Positions 55,752 through 64,000 of a DNA stretch of 64,000 nucleotides are shown in pieces. The translations under genes were made by a program, and so were the position numbers. The stretch's first letter is position 1. The number at the start of each line of letters is the position of its first letter. The stretch is from Candidatus Parcubacteria bacterium (GTDB taxonomy: Bacteria; Patescibacteriota; Minisyncoccia; UBA6257; 2-01-FULL-56-20), in contig DAHVRZ010000002.1 in assembly GCA_027324805.1 (NCBI GenBank), positions 85,658 through 149,657 on the forward strand, given 5' to 3'. The notes under the pieces are model-generated. The model was not told where the DNA came from and did not search any database. It was given only the letters and a program-made list of their open reading frames with translations.

Positions 55752-56237
55752 TTAATGGTGACCGTGTCCTCCTCCCCCTCCTCCCTTCGATCCGCCGCCG
55801 GACGGCTTGGATGGCGCCTTTGCGGGCGCCGCGCCATGGGAATCGCCGCCGCCCTTTTTGCCGTCCTTCCCGATTTTTATTTTCTTGACCCCATACGAGA
55901 ATCCAAGGAGTCCCGCGAACAGTCCGACCTTGAGGACCTTTTTGAAGAAATTCCATCCGGCCTTGAAGACTTTTCCGATTTTTCCCCAGCCCGCACCGCC
56001 ACCACCGGTCTGCGCATTTACCTCCGCATTCGCATCCGCGACACTCAGCTCATTGTGCGGACCCTCCGCTCCCAATATCTCCTGCCTCAAGGCGGTCATC
56101 TTTTCCGCCGGGGATCCCGTCTCGACGCCAGAAGCATGAGTCTCCGCCCTTTCTCCATGCGAATCCTCCACGCGTTTCATATTCGCCATCGCTTCGGGAT
56201 CCGGGGGAAGAATTTCCGGCTTTTCTAGTTTTTCCAT
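55752..56237 (-). CDS. Hypothetical protein with amphipathic/TM segment and Gly/Lys-rich C-terminus ending GGGGGGHGHH
   Basis: ORF upstream of and co-oriented with sodA. Confidence 0.45.
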   Translation of the reverse strand: MEKLEKPEILPPDPEAMANMKRVEDSHGERAETHASGVETGSPAEKMTALRQEILGAEGPHNELSVADANAEVNAQTGGGGAGWGKIGKVFKAGWNFFKKVLKVGLFAGLLGFSYGVKKIKIGKDGKKGGGDSHGAAPAKAPSKPSGGGSKGGGGGGHGHH

Positions 56238-56341
56238 GTCATTCGTATCGGTTTCGATCCGGGACCTTTGCCCGGTATCCTTGTCACGTATTCCTTTATA
56301 TAATACATTACACGGAGCGCTTTCTCCATCGCGCTCTTTCT

Positions 56342-56412
56342 TGGGGGATCGTCTAATGGTAGGACAGCGGCCTTTGAAGCCGTGAATCCAGGTTCGAATC
56401 CTGGTCCCCCAG
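56342..56412 (+). tRNA. tRNA-Gln (anticodon UUG)
   Basis: Hand-folded. The acceptor pairs TGGGGGA with TCCCCCA. There is a D-arm, an anticodon stem GCGGC/GCCGT with loop CUUUGAA, and a T-arm CCAGG-TTCGAAT-CCTGG. The discriminator is G and no CCA is encoded. A U1-A72 pair is typical of bacterial tRNA-Gln. Confidence 0.8.
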
Positions 56413-56431
56413 CATCTGATATACTATCTTC

Positions 56432-57262
56432 ATGCCTCCCCGCCTCATACTTTTCGAGGAATATGCGAAGATCGCGGTGATCTCCCTTGCGGGACTCGTC
56501 ATGCTCATCGGCGGCGGGATCGCCCTTTCCTGGTACAACGGCCAGCAACCCGCGCCGTGCAATGTTGCGGACATCACCCTTTACGGCACGCTTGTCTACT
56601 ATCCGAGCGAGAACAGCGGTGCGGCCTCGAGCGCCGCAGGCGACGGGACGCTCGACCAGACGGCGGCCGAAGACGTGCGGCAGCAGATCGAACAGGCCAA
56701 TGCCGATCCGAACATCAAAGCGATCCTTCTCCAGATAGACTCCCCCGGCGGCGATCCTGTCGCCGGCGAAGACATCGCGGACGCCCTGAAGCAGTCCGGC
56801 AAGCCGACGGTGGCGTTCGTCGCCGACGAGGGAACCTCGGCAGCGTACTGGGCGGCGACGGGCGCCAACGCGATCTTCGCGTCGGCGGATTCCGCGCTCG
56901 GCGACATCGGCGTGACGAACTCATATCTCCAACAGACGCAGCAGGACACCGCGAACGGCCTTCAATTCATCTCGATCACCGCCGGACCGTACAAGGATAT
57001 GGGCAACCCCGACTCTCCGCTCACGCCCGCCGAAAAGGACCTTCTTCAGCGCGACGTCAACATCACCTACCGGAACTTCGTCCAGCAGGTCGCCGCAAAT
57101 CGGAACCTTTCCGTGGCAAGCGTGACGGCGATCGCCGACGGCTCATCCATGCTCGGCCAGATGGCGCTCCAGAACGGACTCATTGACCACATCGGGAGCA
57201 TTTATGATACCGAGGATTATCTCGCCAAGAAGATCGGCGGCCCCGTTACGCTCTGCCAATAA
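56432..57262 (+). CDS. sppA: Signal peptide peptidase SppA (S49 family, 36K type)
   Basis: An N-terminal TM, LLQIDSPGG and the catalytic Ser/Lys regions. Confidence 0.8.
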   Translation: MPPRLILFEEYAKIAVISLAGLVMLIGGGIALSWYNGQQPAPCNVADITLYGTLVYYPSENSGAASSAAGDGTLDQTAAEDVRQQIEQANADPNIKAILLQIDSPGGDPVAGEDIADALKQSGKPTVAFVADEGTSAAYWAATGANAIFASADSALGDIGVTNSYLQQTQQDTANGLQFISITAGPYKDMGNPDSPLTPAEKDLLQRDVNITYRNFVQQVAANRNLSVASVTAIADGSSMLGQMALQNGLIDHIGSIYDTEDYLAKKIGGPVTLCQ

Positions 57263-57992
57263 GCAATTGTTTTTGCAGGAATTCCCCTATCGCCTCGTTC
57301 ACGGCCGCAATCGCCTCCGGATAATACCGATAGTCGTGCGCGGCATCTATTATCCTGAACATTTTCGGTTCGGGAACCGAATCGTAGATCTCCCGGACTT
57401 TCTGCGATGAAATGAACTCGTCCTGCGTCGCGGAGATCATGAGCTTCGGCTTGGTGCATTGCCGAAGCACCGCGAGCGGATCGAATTGTTTTGCATCCTC
57501 CCAGTAACTGAGCGGCAGCCTGAACTCCTTCTGTTCCTCGGTTTCGCGGCCGCCCGGCGGCATGTCGCGGCGCGATATCTGGAAACCGATTTTGAGCTCA
57601 TCTTCCGCGGGCAATGAAGGCATGCTGTAGTTCGAAAGGATGAGCACGATGCCCGTCACGGCGGGATTTGCATTGGCAAGTATCGCCGCAGTGCCTCCGC
57701 GGCTGTGCCCCAGAAGCAGTGTCGGCTTGTTCCCGAAATACGAAATCAACTCTTCGATTGATCTGATATAGTTCGCGGTCGTATACATCCCCATATCGCC
57801 CGGACTTTCCCATGTACCCGGCGGATCGAAGGCGATGGCATAGTATCCCCGCGCCGCAAGATATTCGGCATGGCTCACGAAATTTGCATAGTCCTTCGTA
57901 TCGAGCCTTCCGGGAATAAGGATGGCGAGCTTGCCGGCGCTCTCCTCCCCTCTTGCGAGAACCGCGAGCTCAAATGATGCCGTACGGATCAT
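57246..57992 (-). CDS. Alpha/beta hydrolase
   Basis: The LLLGHSRGG nucleophile elbow. The start was trimmed to MIRTASF to avoid overlapping bcp. Confidence 0.7.
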   Translation of the reverse strand: MIRTASFELAVLARGEESAGKLAILIPGRLDTKDYANFVSHAEYLAARGYYAIAFDPPGTWESPGDMGMYTTANYIRSIEELISYFGNKPTLLLGHSRGGTAAILANANPAVTGIVLILSNYSMPSLPAEDELKIGFQISRRDMPPGGRETEEQKEFRLPLSYWEDAKQFDPLAVLRQCTKPKLMISATQDEFISSQKVREIYDSVPEPKMFRIIDAAHDYRYYPEAIAAVNEAIGEFLQKQLLIGRA

Positions 57993-57999
57993 GAAAATG

Positions 58000-58485
58000 T
58001 TATATATCCTTCCGCCCCGAAAATTCGCCGAGGTCCGCGAGCACCTGGGCCGCATGGACCTCCGGTTTTACGTCCTCATATACCTTCCTCACGACGCCAT
58101 CCGGACCTATGAGAAACGATGTGCGCAGCGTTCCTTCGTACTCGTGTCCCATCATTTTTTTCTTCCCCCATACGCCGTACGCGCGGACGACCTCCTTTTC
58201 CGTATCGGCAAGAAGCGTAAACGGCAGGCCGTACTTTTCCGCGAATTTCCCGTGGCTCGCCACGGAATCGACGCTCACGCCGAAGACGACGGCATCGAGC
58301 CTGCCAAAATCAGGGAATGCATCGCGGATCATGCATGCTTCCTTCGTGCACCCCGGTGTGTCGTCTTTGGGATAAAAATACAGGAGGACCCACCGGCCTC
58401 TTTCGCCGGACAGCGTATGCGGCCTACCATCCTGGTCGGGAAGAGTAAAATCCGGCGCCCGTGAACCCTGTTTGAGGATGGCCAT
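58000..58485 (-). CDS. bcp: Thioredoxin-dependent thiol peroxidase (Bcp/PrxQ peroxiredoxin)
   Basis: GSRAPDFTLPDQDG...LYFYPKDDTPGCTKEAC. Confidence 0.85.
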   Translation of the reverse strand: MAILKQGSRAPDFTLPDQDGRPHTLSGERGRWVLLYFYPKDDTPGCTKEACMIRDAFPDFGRLDAVVFGVSVDSVASHGKFAEKYGLPFTLLADTEKEVVRAYGVWGKKKMMGHEYEGTLRTSFLIGPDGVVRKVYEDVKPEVHAAQVLADLGEFSGRKDI

Positions 58486-58513
58486 GTTTCTTATTACCTT
58501 TTTTCCCTGCGTT

Positions 58514-60286
58514 TTATTCCCCCGCATTCATCGCGGCCCGCGTGCCGGGGCCTACGTAACCCGCCGCTTTAATGCCATGCGCCGCCTGATATGCCTTGAC
58601 CGCCTGCTCGGTCGCCGTACCGAAATAGCCCGTGGCCGTGCCGGTGAAGAATCCTTTCGCCGCAAGATAGTTCTGGAGGTCCTCCACCTGCGTACCCGTC
58701 GAACCAACATCAAGGAATTCGGTGAAGTCATACGAGGAAGATCGGGAAGAGGCCGACGTACTCCCCGTATTGGACGCCGTCCCCGACGATGCAGTGAGCG
58801 CATTCGCCGCCTGCGTGAGCGTCGTCGCCATGGACTGGAGCTGGGTCACCATCTGCGCGAGCTGGGACTGCACGGACTGTATCGCGGCGAGGAGCGTCGC
58901 GTTGGACGCGGATCCCCCCGAACTTGCAGTGCCGGAATTGGCTGCCGTCACCGTCGCGTAGATCGTACTGCAGTTCCCGCCGGATGCGCATACGGTGATT
59001 GATGCCGAACCCGCGCTCTCGCCGGTGAGTGTAAGCGTGCTCCCGTTCACGCTCCCCTGCAGGATGTTCGCATTCGCCGTGGCGGAAACGTAATAGGATG
59101 ACGCGCCGGAAAGCGAAACGCTGTAGGTCTGACCCGCCACAACGGTCGGGTTTGTCACGCCGAATGTCACATATCCGCCAGATGAGGATCCGTTCACCGT
59201 CACAGTGAAAGTGCCACAGCCGTTCGATGCCGAACATACGGTGATCGTCGCCGAGCCGCTCGCTTGGCCCGTAAGCGTGATCGTATTACCGCTTACGGAT
59301 TGCGAGACCGCGCTCGGATTCGTGTTGCCCGTCACATAATATCCGGAACCGCCGGATACCGTGAGCGTGGTTGCCTGCCCCACCGTGAGCGTCGGATTCG
59401 TATTGCTGAAATAGAGCGAACCGCTCGACGACGTGGTGCCGGTCGTCACATACAGCGTACCGCATCGCCCGTTCGAGTCGCACACGGTGATGTTCGCCGA
59501 ACCGAGCGCGGAACCGTAGAGCGTGATCGTACTGCCGGAGAGCACCGCGGAAACGTCGGATGGATTCGAATTGTTCGTGACGGAATAGCTGCCGCTGCCG
59601 CCCGAGACCGTCACGGTCGTGTTCTGCCCCTGCGCGATCGTGATATTGTTCTGACTGAACGACAGCACGCTCCCCGACTGCACCGTAACGGCAAGCCCGA
59701 TGCAATTCGATGCCGTTCCCGTATAGCAGATGTTCGCCACGGTGCCGCCGGTTTGGCTGCCGGTGACGGTGATCTGCGTCCCGCTCACGCTCACGGTTGC
59801 GATCGAAGGATTGGCATTCGACGCCATGTAGAGCGGCGCCGAACCGTTTGTCTCGTAGAGCGTCGCCTGCTGGCCGAGTCCGACCGTGACCGAGGTCTGG
59901 CTCAGGGTCGGCGTGCCCGAAGGCGTGGGCCACGGCTGCATCACCGACTGCGCACCATCCACCACGACATACACATTGTTGCCGGAGATAATTCCGTAGG
60001 ACGACGCGTTCACGGTCGTCGTGAAGTAGCCGGCCGAGTTCGTTGAACCGAGCGTCGTCACTTGCATCCCCGACGCGCTTGCGACGTTATAATAGAACAT
60101 CACGCTCTGATTCGCGTCGCCGTTCACGCTCACCTGCACCGAACCGCCGGACAGACTCGAGAGGGAGAGCGTCGGCGTGACGGCGGCAAATGCGGATTGG
60201 ACGGCCGCGAATGCTCCAAAAAGCATAAGGATTGTCGGCACCGCGAGGGCTTTGATTGTTTTTTTAGTGAAGAACGAAGAGATCAT
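58514..60286 (-). CDS. Cell-surface tandem-repeat protein with C-terminal peptidoglycan-binding (PG_binding_1-like) domain
   Basis: A signal peptide, about 5 tandem ~70-aa Ser/Thr/Gly-rich repeats each with a conserved Cys pair (ITVCxSNGxCGT), a Q/A/T-rich linker, then a PGBD-like tail (DLQNYLAAKGFFTGTATGYFGTATEQAVKAYQAAHGI). Confidence 0.7.
   Translation of the reverse strand: MISSFFTKKTIKALAVPTILMLFGAFAAVQSAFAAVTPTLSLSSLSGGSVQVSVNGDANQSVMFYYNVASASGMQVTTLGSTNSAGYFTTTVNASSYGIISGNNVYVVVDGAQSVMQPWPTPSGTPTLSQTSVTVGLGQQATLYETNGSAPLYMASNANPSIATVSVSGTQITVTGSQTGGTVANICYTGTASNCIGLAVTVQSGSVLSFSQNNITIAQGQNTTVTVSGGSGSYSVTNNSNPSDVSAVLSGSTITLYGSALGSANITVCDSNGRCGTLYVTTGTTSSSGSLYFSNTNPTLTVGQATTLTVSGGSGYYVTGNTNPSAVSQSVSGNTITLTGQASGSATITVCSASNGCGTFTVTVNGSSSGGYVTFGVTNPTVVAGQTYSVSLSGASSYYVSATANANILQGSVNGSTLTLTGESAGSASITVCASGGNCSTIYATVTAANSGTASSGGSASNATLLAAIQSVQSQLAQMVTQLQSMATTLTQAANALTASSGTASNTGSTSASSRSSSYDFTEFLDVGSTGTQVEDLQNYLAAKGFFTGTATGYFGTATEQAVKAYQAAHGIKAAGYVGPGTRAAMNAGE
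58880..59720. repeat. Intragenic tandem coding repeats (~210-nt units, about 4-5 copies)
   Basis: Repeated protein blocks map to this DNA span. The DNA repeats are imperfect. Confidence 0.5.
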
Positions 60287-60389
60287 ATATGTAGCGTTTA
60301 TTTAAAGGGCCTTTGGGGGGATCTTTCTACCTCTACTATAGTATACGCCTTTTTGACCGCGGAACGTTCCACCGGGAATCTCGTTCGAT

Positions 60390-60424
60390 AAACAAAACAC
60401 CGCTCCGGATCGCCGGGAGCGGCG
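60390..60424 (-). terminator. Terminator after DEAD-box helicase gene (imperfect GC hairpin + TGTTTTGTTT)
   Basis: Seen directly in the sequence. It has the same T-tract style as the rpsF terminator. Confidence 0.45.
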
Positions 60425-60455
60425 TTATTTGGGCCATACTATGGAAACTCCTGCC

Positions 60456-61730
60456 TTAACGGTACCGTCCGCCGGGGCGGCGCGGGCTGTTGCGGCTGCG
60501 CGGCGCCGGTCCACTGCTCCGGCTTTCGCGGCCGCGTCCCGAAGGCCTCGATCCGCCGCGGGGCGAATATGGCGTGAACCGTGCGGGGGCCCGAGGCTCG
60601 AGCCGTGCGGGCGGAAGCTGAGGAAGCTTCGATTGCGGAAGCGCGACGCGCATCACGCGCTCGATATCCTGCACGTCGCGCCGCTCGTCGGGCATGGCAA
60701 AGGAGATGGCGTGCCCCGCGGCGCCCGCGCGCGCGGTGCGGCCGATGCGATGGACGTAATCCTCCGGCGTTGACGGAAGGTCGTAATTGATGACGAGCTC
60801 GATCCCCTTTACGTCTATGCCGCGCGCCGCGATGTCGGTCGCCACGAGCACGCGATACCTGCCGTTCTTGAATCCTTCGAGCGCTTCGCGCCGCTGGTTG
60901 AGCGACCGGTTCGAATGGATCTCCGCGGCGGTGTGCCCGATGTGCCGCGCAAGCGCGGCGATGCGCTTCGCCCCGAACTTGGTGCGCGTGAAGACAAGCA
61001 CCGAGCCGCGGTATTCGCCGAGCACGCTCTCGAGGAGGCGCGGCTTATCGTTTTTCGATATGAAGAAAAGCTCCTGCGTCGCCCTGGCGGCCGCGGTGCC
61101 GGGCGGTGCGATCTCGATGCGGATCGGAAGCTTCATGTACGAGTTCGCGAGCTTCACGATGCCATCGGGCATCGTCGCCGAAAAGAGCATCGTCTGCCGC
61201 TTGTCCGCCGGCGGCACTTCCGCAAGGATGCGCTTGAGCTGGGGAGCGAAGCCCATGTCGAGCATGCGGTCCGCCTCGTCGAGGACGAGGATCGAAACGC
61301 GCTTCAGCGAGATCGTCTTCTGTTCGAGATGATCAATGATGCGTCCCGGCGTACCGATCACGACCGACGGCCCTCGACGCAGCTGATCGAGCTGGCGCCC
61401 CATCGGCGCACCGCCGATCAGAAGCGCGGTACGGATGCCGAGCGGCCCGCCCACTTTAATGAAGGTCTCCTCCACCTGGAGCGCGAGCTCGCGCGTCGGA
61501 AGGATGACGAGTCCCTGCGTACCCTGTACGCACGCCTGGATCATGGGAATGCCGAACGCAAGCGTCTTCCCGGTCCCCGTCTGCGCGAGACCCATAACGT
61601 CCTTGCCCTCGAGGCCCGCCGGGATCGCCTTCACCTGGATCGGCGTCGGTACCTTAAACCCTATCTTATCGAGGATAGCGAGAATATTCGGCGCGATGCC
61701 GAGACCGTAAAAATCGGGATTATGTTCCAT
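60456..61730 (-). CDS. DEAD-box ATP-dependent RNA helicase with Arg/Ser/Pro-rich C-terminal tail
   Basis: Q-motif/PTPIQ, AQTGTGKT, VLDEADRMLDMGF and SAT. Confidence 0.9.
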   Translation of the reverse strand: MEHNPDFYGLGIAPNILAILDKIGFKVPTPIQVKAIPAGLEGKDVMGLAQTGTGKTLAFGIPMIQACVQGTQGLVILPTRELALQVEETFIKVGGPLGIRTALLIGGAPMGRQLDQLRRGPSVVIGTPGRIIDHLEQKTISLKRVSILVLDEADRMLDMGFAPQLKRILAEVPPADKRQTMLFSATMPDGIVKLANSYMKLPIRIEIAPPGTAAARATQELFFISKNDKPRLLESVLGEYRGSVLVFTRTKFGAKRIAALARHIGHTAAEIHSNRSLNQRREALEGFKNGRYRVLVATDIAARGIDVKGIELVINYDLPSTPEDYVHRIGRTARAGAAGHAISFAMPDERRDVQDIERVMRVALPQSKLPQLPPARLEPRAPARFTPYSPRGGSRPSGRGRESRSSGPAPRSRNSPRRPGGRYR

Positions 61731-61752
61731 ACCTGTTTACCCTATCACGGAA

Positions 61753-63597
61753 TCACGCCTGATGGAAACCGCCGGCCTGGATGCTCCAGAGTTTGTGGTA
61801 CAGGCCGTTGTCCGCGAGCAGTTCCTTGTGCGTTCCCTGCGCGACGATGTCGCCGTGCTCGATGACGACGATATGGTCCATTTTCATGATCGTGGAAAGC
61901 CGGTGCGCGATAACGATCACCGTTTTCCCCTCCATAAGGGTTCGAAGCGCGTCCTGGATGAGCGCCTCCGATTCGGAATCGAGCGACGACGTCGCCTCGT
62001 CGAGGACGAGGATCGGCGCGTCTTTGAGTATCGCCCGCGCGATCGCGACGCGCTGACGCTCGCCGCCCGAAAGCTTCACTCCGCGCTCCCCCACGAACGT
62101 ATCGTACTTCTCCGGAAGCCCTTCGATGAACTCCTGGCAGTGCGCTTTCTTCGCCGCCTCCATCACCTCCTCATCCGTTGCACTGCGGCGTCCATAGCGG
62201 ATGTTCTCCATAAGCGTGCGGTGGAAAAGGATCGGCTCCTGCGGAACGAACGCAATCGCTTCGCGCAGGCTGTCCTGCGTGACCCCCGCGATATCCTGGC
62301 CATCAATCTCGATCCTTCCGCCAACGACGTCATAGAGGCGCAGGAGGAGCTTCGTCACCGTCGTTTTCCCGGCGCCCGAAGGGCCGACGAGTGCAAGCTT
62401 CTCGCCGCCGCGGACCGTAAGGTTGAAATTGCGGAGGATCGGTTTGTCCTCATAGAAATGGAACTGCACATCGCGGAACGCTATCTCGCGATTCGTCACG
62501 CGGAGCGCCTCCGCGCCCGGACGATCGGTCACGCCGTGCGGCGCTTCGAGGATCTCCATCATTTCGACCGCGTCCGCGAACGCGTCATGGAAACGCCGTA
62601 TCTGCATGCTTATTCCCGTCAGCTGGCTGAAAAGGCCGATGAGATAGCTCTGGATGAGCACAAAGTCACCGACCGTGATGAGCCCTTTCTGCCAATACAC
62701 GACCGCGCCATACAGAAGGCCGATGTTGATGCCCACGATGAGGATGCCTTGGACGGACCATATCAGCTCGTCGGCGTTCCACGAACGCATCGTCGCTTTC
62801 CGCCAAAGCTCGACGACGCCCCTGAAGAGTCCGCCCTCATAGGCGCTCCCCGAAAAGAGGGCGATCGTGTTCTGGTTCGAGATCGCATCAGCGAGCGTTC
62901 CCGTCATTTTACTGTCAGCCTCCGATCGCGCGACGCGGAGCGGACGGCGGAGATGCGCGACGTATATCTGAAATGCTATGAAGCATGCGATCCATACCGC
63001 GAGCGCGACCCCGAGCACATGGTTGCGGAGGAAAAGCACCGTCACCGCGCCGACAGCGAACACGGCCGTCGGGAAGAACGCGAGCATCACGTTGTCCATG
63101 ATCGTCTCGAACGCCCCGGCGAACTTGCTCACCCGCCGCGTGAGCGTACCGCCGAAATGCGATACGAAAAACTGGTAGGAATGCCCGATGAGATAATCAA
63201 ATGCGGACGCCGAAAGGTCGGCCATCCCCCGCGATTCGAGGTGGATGATGCTGTATGTCTGCACGCGCTGGGCGATCCAGCCGACGATCGAAAGCGCCGC
63301 GATGATAATGACAAGAGTGATAAGCTTTTGAAATACCGCAGGCGTCCCCGGCCCGGCGGCAACGGCATTGAAAAGCTCCTTCATATAGAGCGGCGAGATG
63401 ATGCCGGCGATCTGCGCGCCGAGCGCTCCCATAAAAACGAGCGTGAACAGCACCCAGTGCTTGCGTACCTCACCCGCATACATGCGGAAAATATCCCTCG
63501 TGCGTATAAGGGGTTTTGCGGGCGCCGCTGCGGCACTTTTTGGTGCCGGGTCTTTCGGCGCGCTTTCCGCCGGAGATGGGGTTATTTTCTTTGTCAT
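61753..63597 (-). CDS. ABC exporter, fused permease-ATPase (MsbA-like)
   Basis: A 6-TM domain plus an NBD with LSGGERQRVAIARAILKDAPILVLDEATSSLD. The start was set at MTKKITPSP. Confidence 0.85.
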   Translation of the reverse strand: MTKKITPSPAESAPKDPAPKSAAAAPAKPLIRTRDIFRMYAGEVRKHWVLFTLVFMGALGAQIAGIISPLYMKELFNAVAAGPGTPAVFQKLITLVIIIAALSIVGWIAQRVQTYSIIHLESRGMADLSASAFDYLIGHSYQFFVSHFGGTLTRRVSKFAGAFETIMDNVMLAFFPTAVFAVGAVTVLFLRNHVLGVALAVWIACFIAFQIYVAHLRRPLRVARSEADSKMTGTLADAISNQNTIALFSGSAYEGGLFRGVVELWRKATMRSWNADELIWSVQGILIVGINIGLLYGAVVYWQKGLITVGDFVLIQSYLIGLFSQLTGISMQIRRFHDAFADAVEMMEILEAPHGVTDRPGAEALRVTNREIAFRDVQFHFYEDKPILRNFNLTVRGGEKLALVGPSGAGKTTVTKLLLRLYDVVGGRIEIDGQDIAGVTQDSLREAIAFVPQEPILFHRTLMENIRYGRRSATDEEVMEAAKKAHCQEFIEGLPEKYDTFVGERGVKLSGGERQRVAIARAILKDAPILVLDEATSSLDSESEALIQDALRTLMEGKTVIVIAHRLSTIMKMDHIVVIEHGDIVAQGTHKELLADNGLYHKLWSIQAGGFHQA

Positions 63598-63640
63598 GGT
63601 TACTGCATCATTACGAATATACGTAGTATAATGGATATTA

Positions 63641-64000
63641 ATGAAACTTATCAAAAGGATATTCCCTTTCGCCATCATTTTTTCGATCATCTTCGTCTTC
63701 ATACGGCACAGCACGTTCTATGACACGCGCGTCCTTGTGGAAAGCCTCACCGGCGTCCAGACGCTCTTCGGCGCGATCGGCATCATCTTCAGCATCATCG
63801 CGGCGTTCGTGATCCAAAAGGAATGGGAGCAGTGGAACGCCCTTGTGGATGCCGTGAAGGGCGAGGTGGACGGCCTCGAGAAGCTCTATCTCTGGTCCAA
63901 TAATTTTTCTCCCGACATCCGGGAAAAAGTGCACGGGAACATCGCCGATTATCTCCGCCTCATCATAAAGGAAGGCTGGCAGCTCAGCGAACGCGGCGAG
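63641..64000 (+). CDS. Partial ORF (5' end only) encoding a membrane protein; runs off window end
   Basis: Hand-translated as MKLIKRIFPFAIIFSIIFVFIRHSTFYDT...GAIGIIFSIIAAFVIQKEWEQW..., with no stop before 64000. Confidence 0.4.
   Translation, partial: MKLIKRIFPFAIIFSIIFVFIRHSTFYDTRVLVESLTGVQTLFGAIGIIFSIIAAFVIQKEWEQWNALVDAVKGEVDGLEKLYLWSNNFSPDIREKVHGNIADYLRLIIKEGWQLSERGE

Noticed and set aside
56225-56548. 107-aa minus-strand ORF
   Set aside because: It overlaps the tRNA-Gln gene and the 5' end of sppA, so it is most likely spurious.

Overview
This 64-kb window is about 60% GC and almost fully coding, from a bacterium with a reduced, envelope-heavy gene set; a Candidate Phyla Radiation (CPR)-like lineage is possible but only weakly supported. 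No rRNA, CRISPR array, transposase or integrase was found. There is one tRNA, tRNA-Gln(UUG) at 56342..56412. The overlapping antisense Arg/Cys-rich ORFs in the track are typical high-GC artefacts.

The window splits into four regions:

1. 0.07-10.3 kb: a metal and thiol-redox island. On the + strand are a His-motif membrane protein, a DsbA-like protein and a membrane protein with an intramembrane CAAC motif. Convergent with these is a long minus-strand gene string headed by a CsoR/RcnR-family repressor (9739..9470). It includes CcdA, a TlpA-like redoxin, several His/Cys-rich envelope proteins, two proteins ending in a C-terminal GCG[LV]Q tail, a frameshifted isoprenylcysteine-carboxyl-methyltransferase (ICMT)-family methyltransferase, a PcsB-like secreted C39-type peptidase and a DUF302 protein. 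Three near-identical promoters each carry an ATACCC-N(3-5)-GGGTAT palindrome between -35 and -10 (at 2411, 9749 and 9822); this is read as a small CsoR-type regulon.

2. 10.3-15.4 kb: an unusual minus-strand module, apparently inserted downstream of rplK where rplA would normally sit. It has a winged-helix regulator, a terminator and an AT-rich leader with iterated AGGGGCAAAT boxes and an 11-bp inverted repeat. The leader is followed by a tightly translationally coupled run of genes: a Cys6His2 peptide with a poly-acidic tail, four 41-54-aa membrane peptides, two VirB2/TrbC-like pilin paralogs, a 442-aa secreted type-I membrane protein, an 87-aa membrane protein, an orphan C5-cytosine DNA methyltransferase and a stand-alone sigma-70 region-4 protein. 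This is flagged as the most likely undescribed system in the window.

3. 15.5-24 kb: a core block of rplK, ssb, rpsF and a single 2250-aa fused RpoB-RpoC ORF.

4. 24-64 kb: housekeeping and envelope genes. These are mltG and a SEDS protein; three tandem GH130-like domains; a MacAB-like efflux set; two ECF sigma / anti-sigma pairs; a PGI/PMI; a fused Zwf-Gnd ORF (836 aa); an orphan response regulator; an FKBP and a CsaA; DUF4012 divergent from a GT39 glycosyltransferase; FtsQ, a class-IV aminotransferase and serS; def-fmt; sodA and sppA; an alpha/beta hydrolase and bcp; a 590-aa tandem-repeat surface protein with a peptidoglycan-binding domain; a DEAD-box helicase; an ABC exporter; and a truncated + strand ORF at the window end.

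Coordinates of hand-derived motifs (promoters, operators, terminators) may be off by 1-2 nt.
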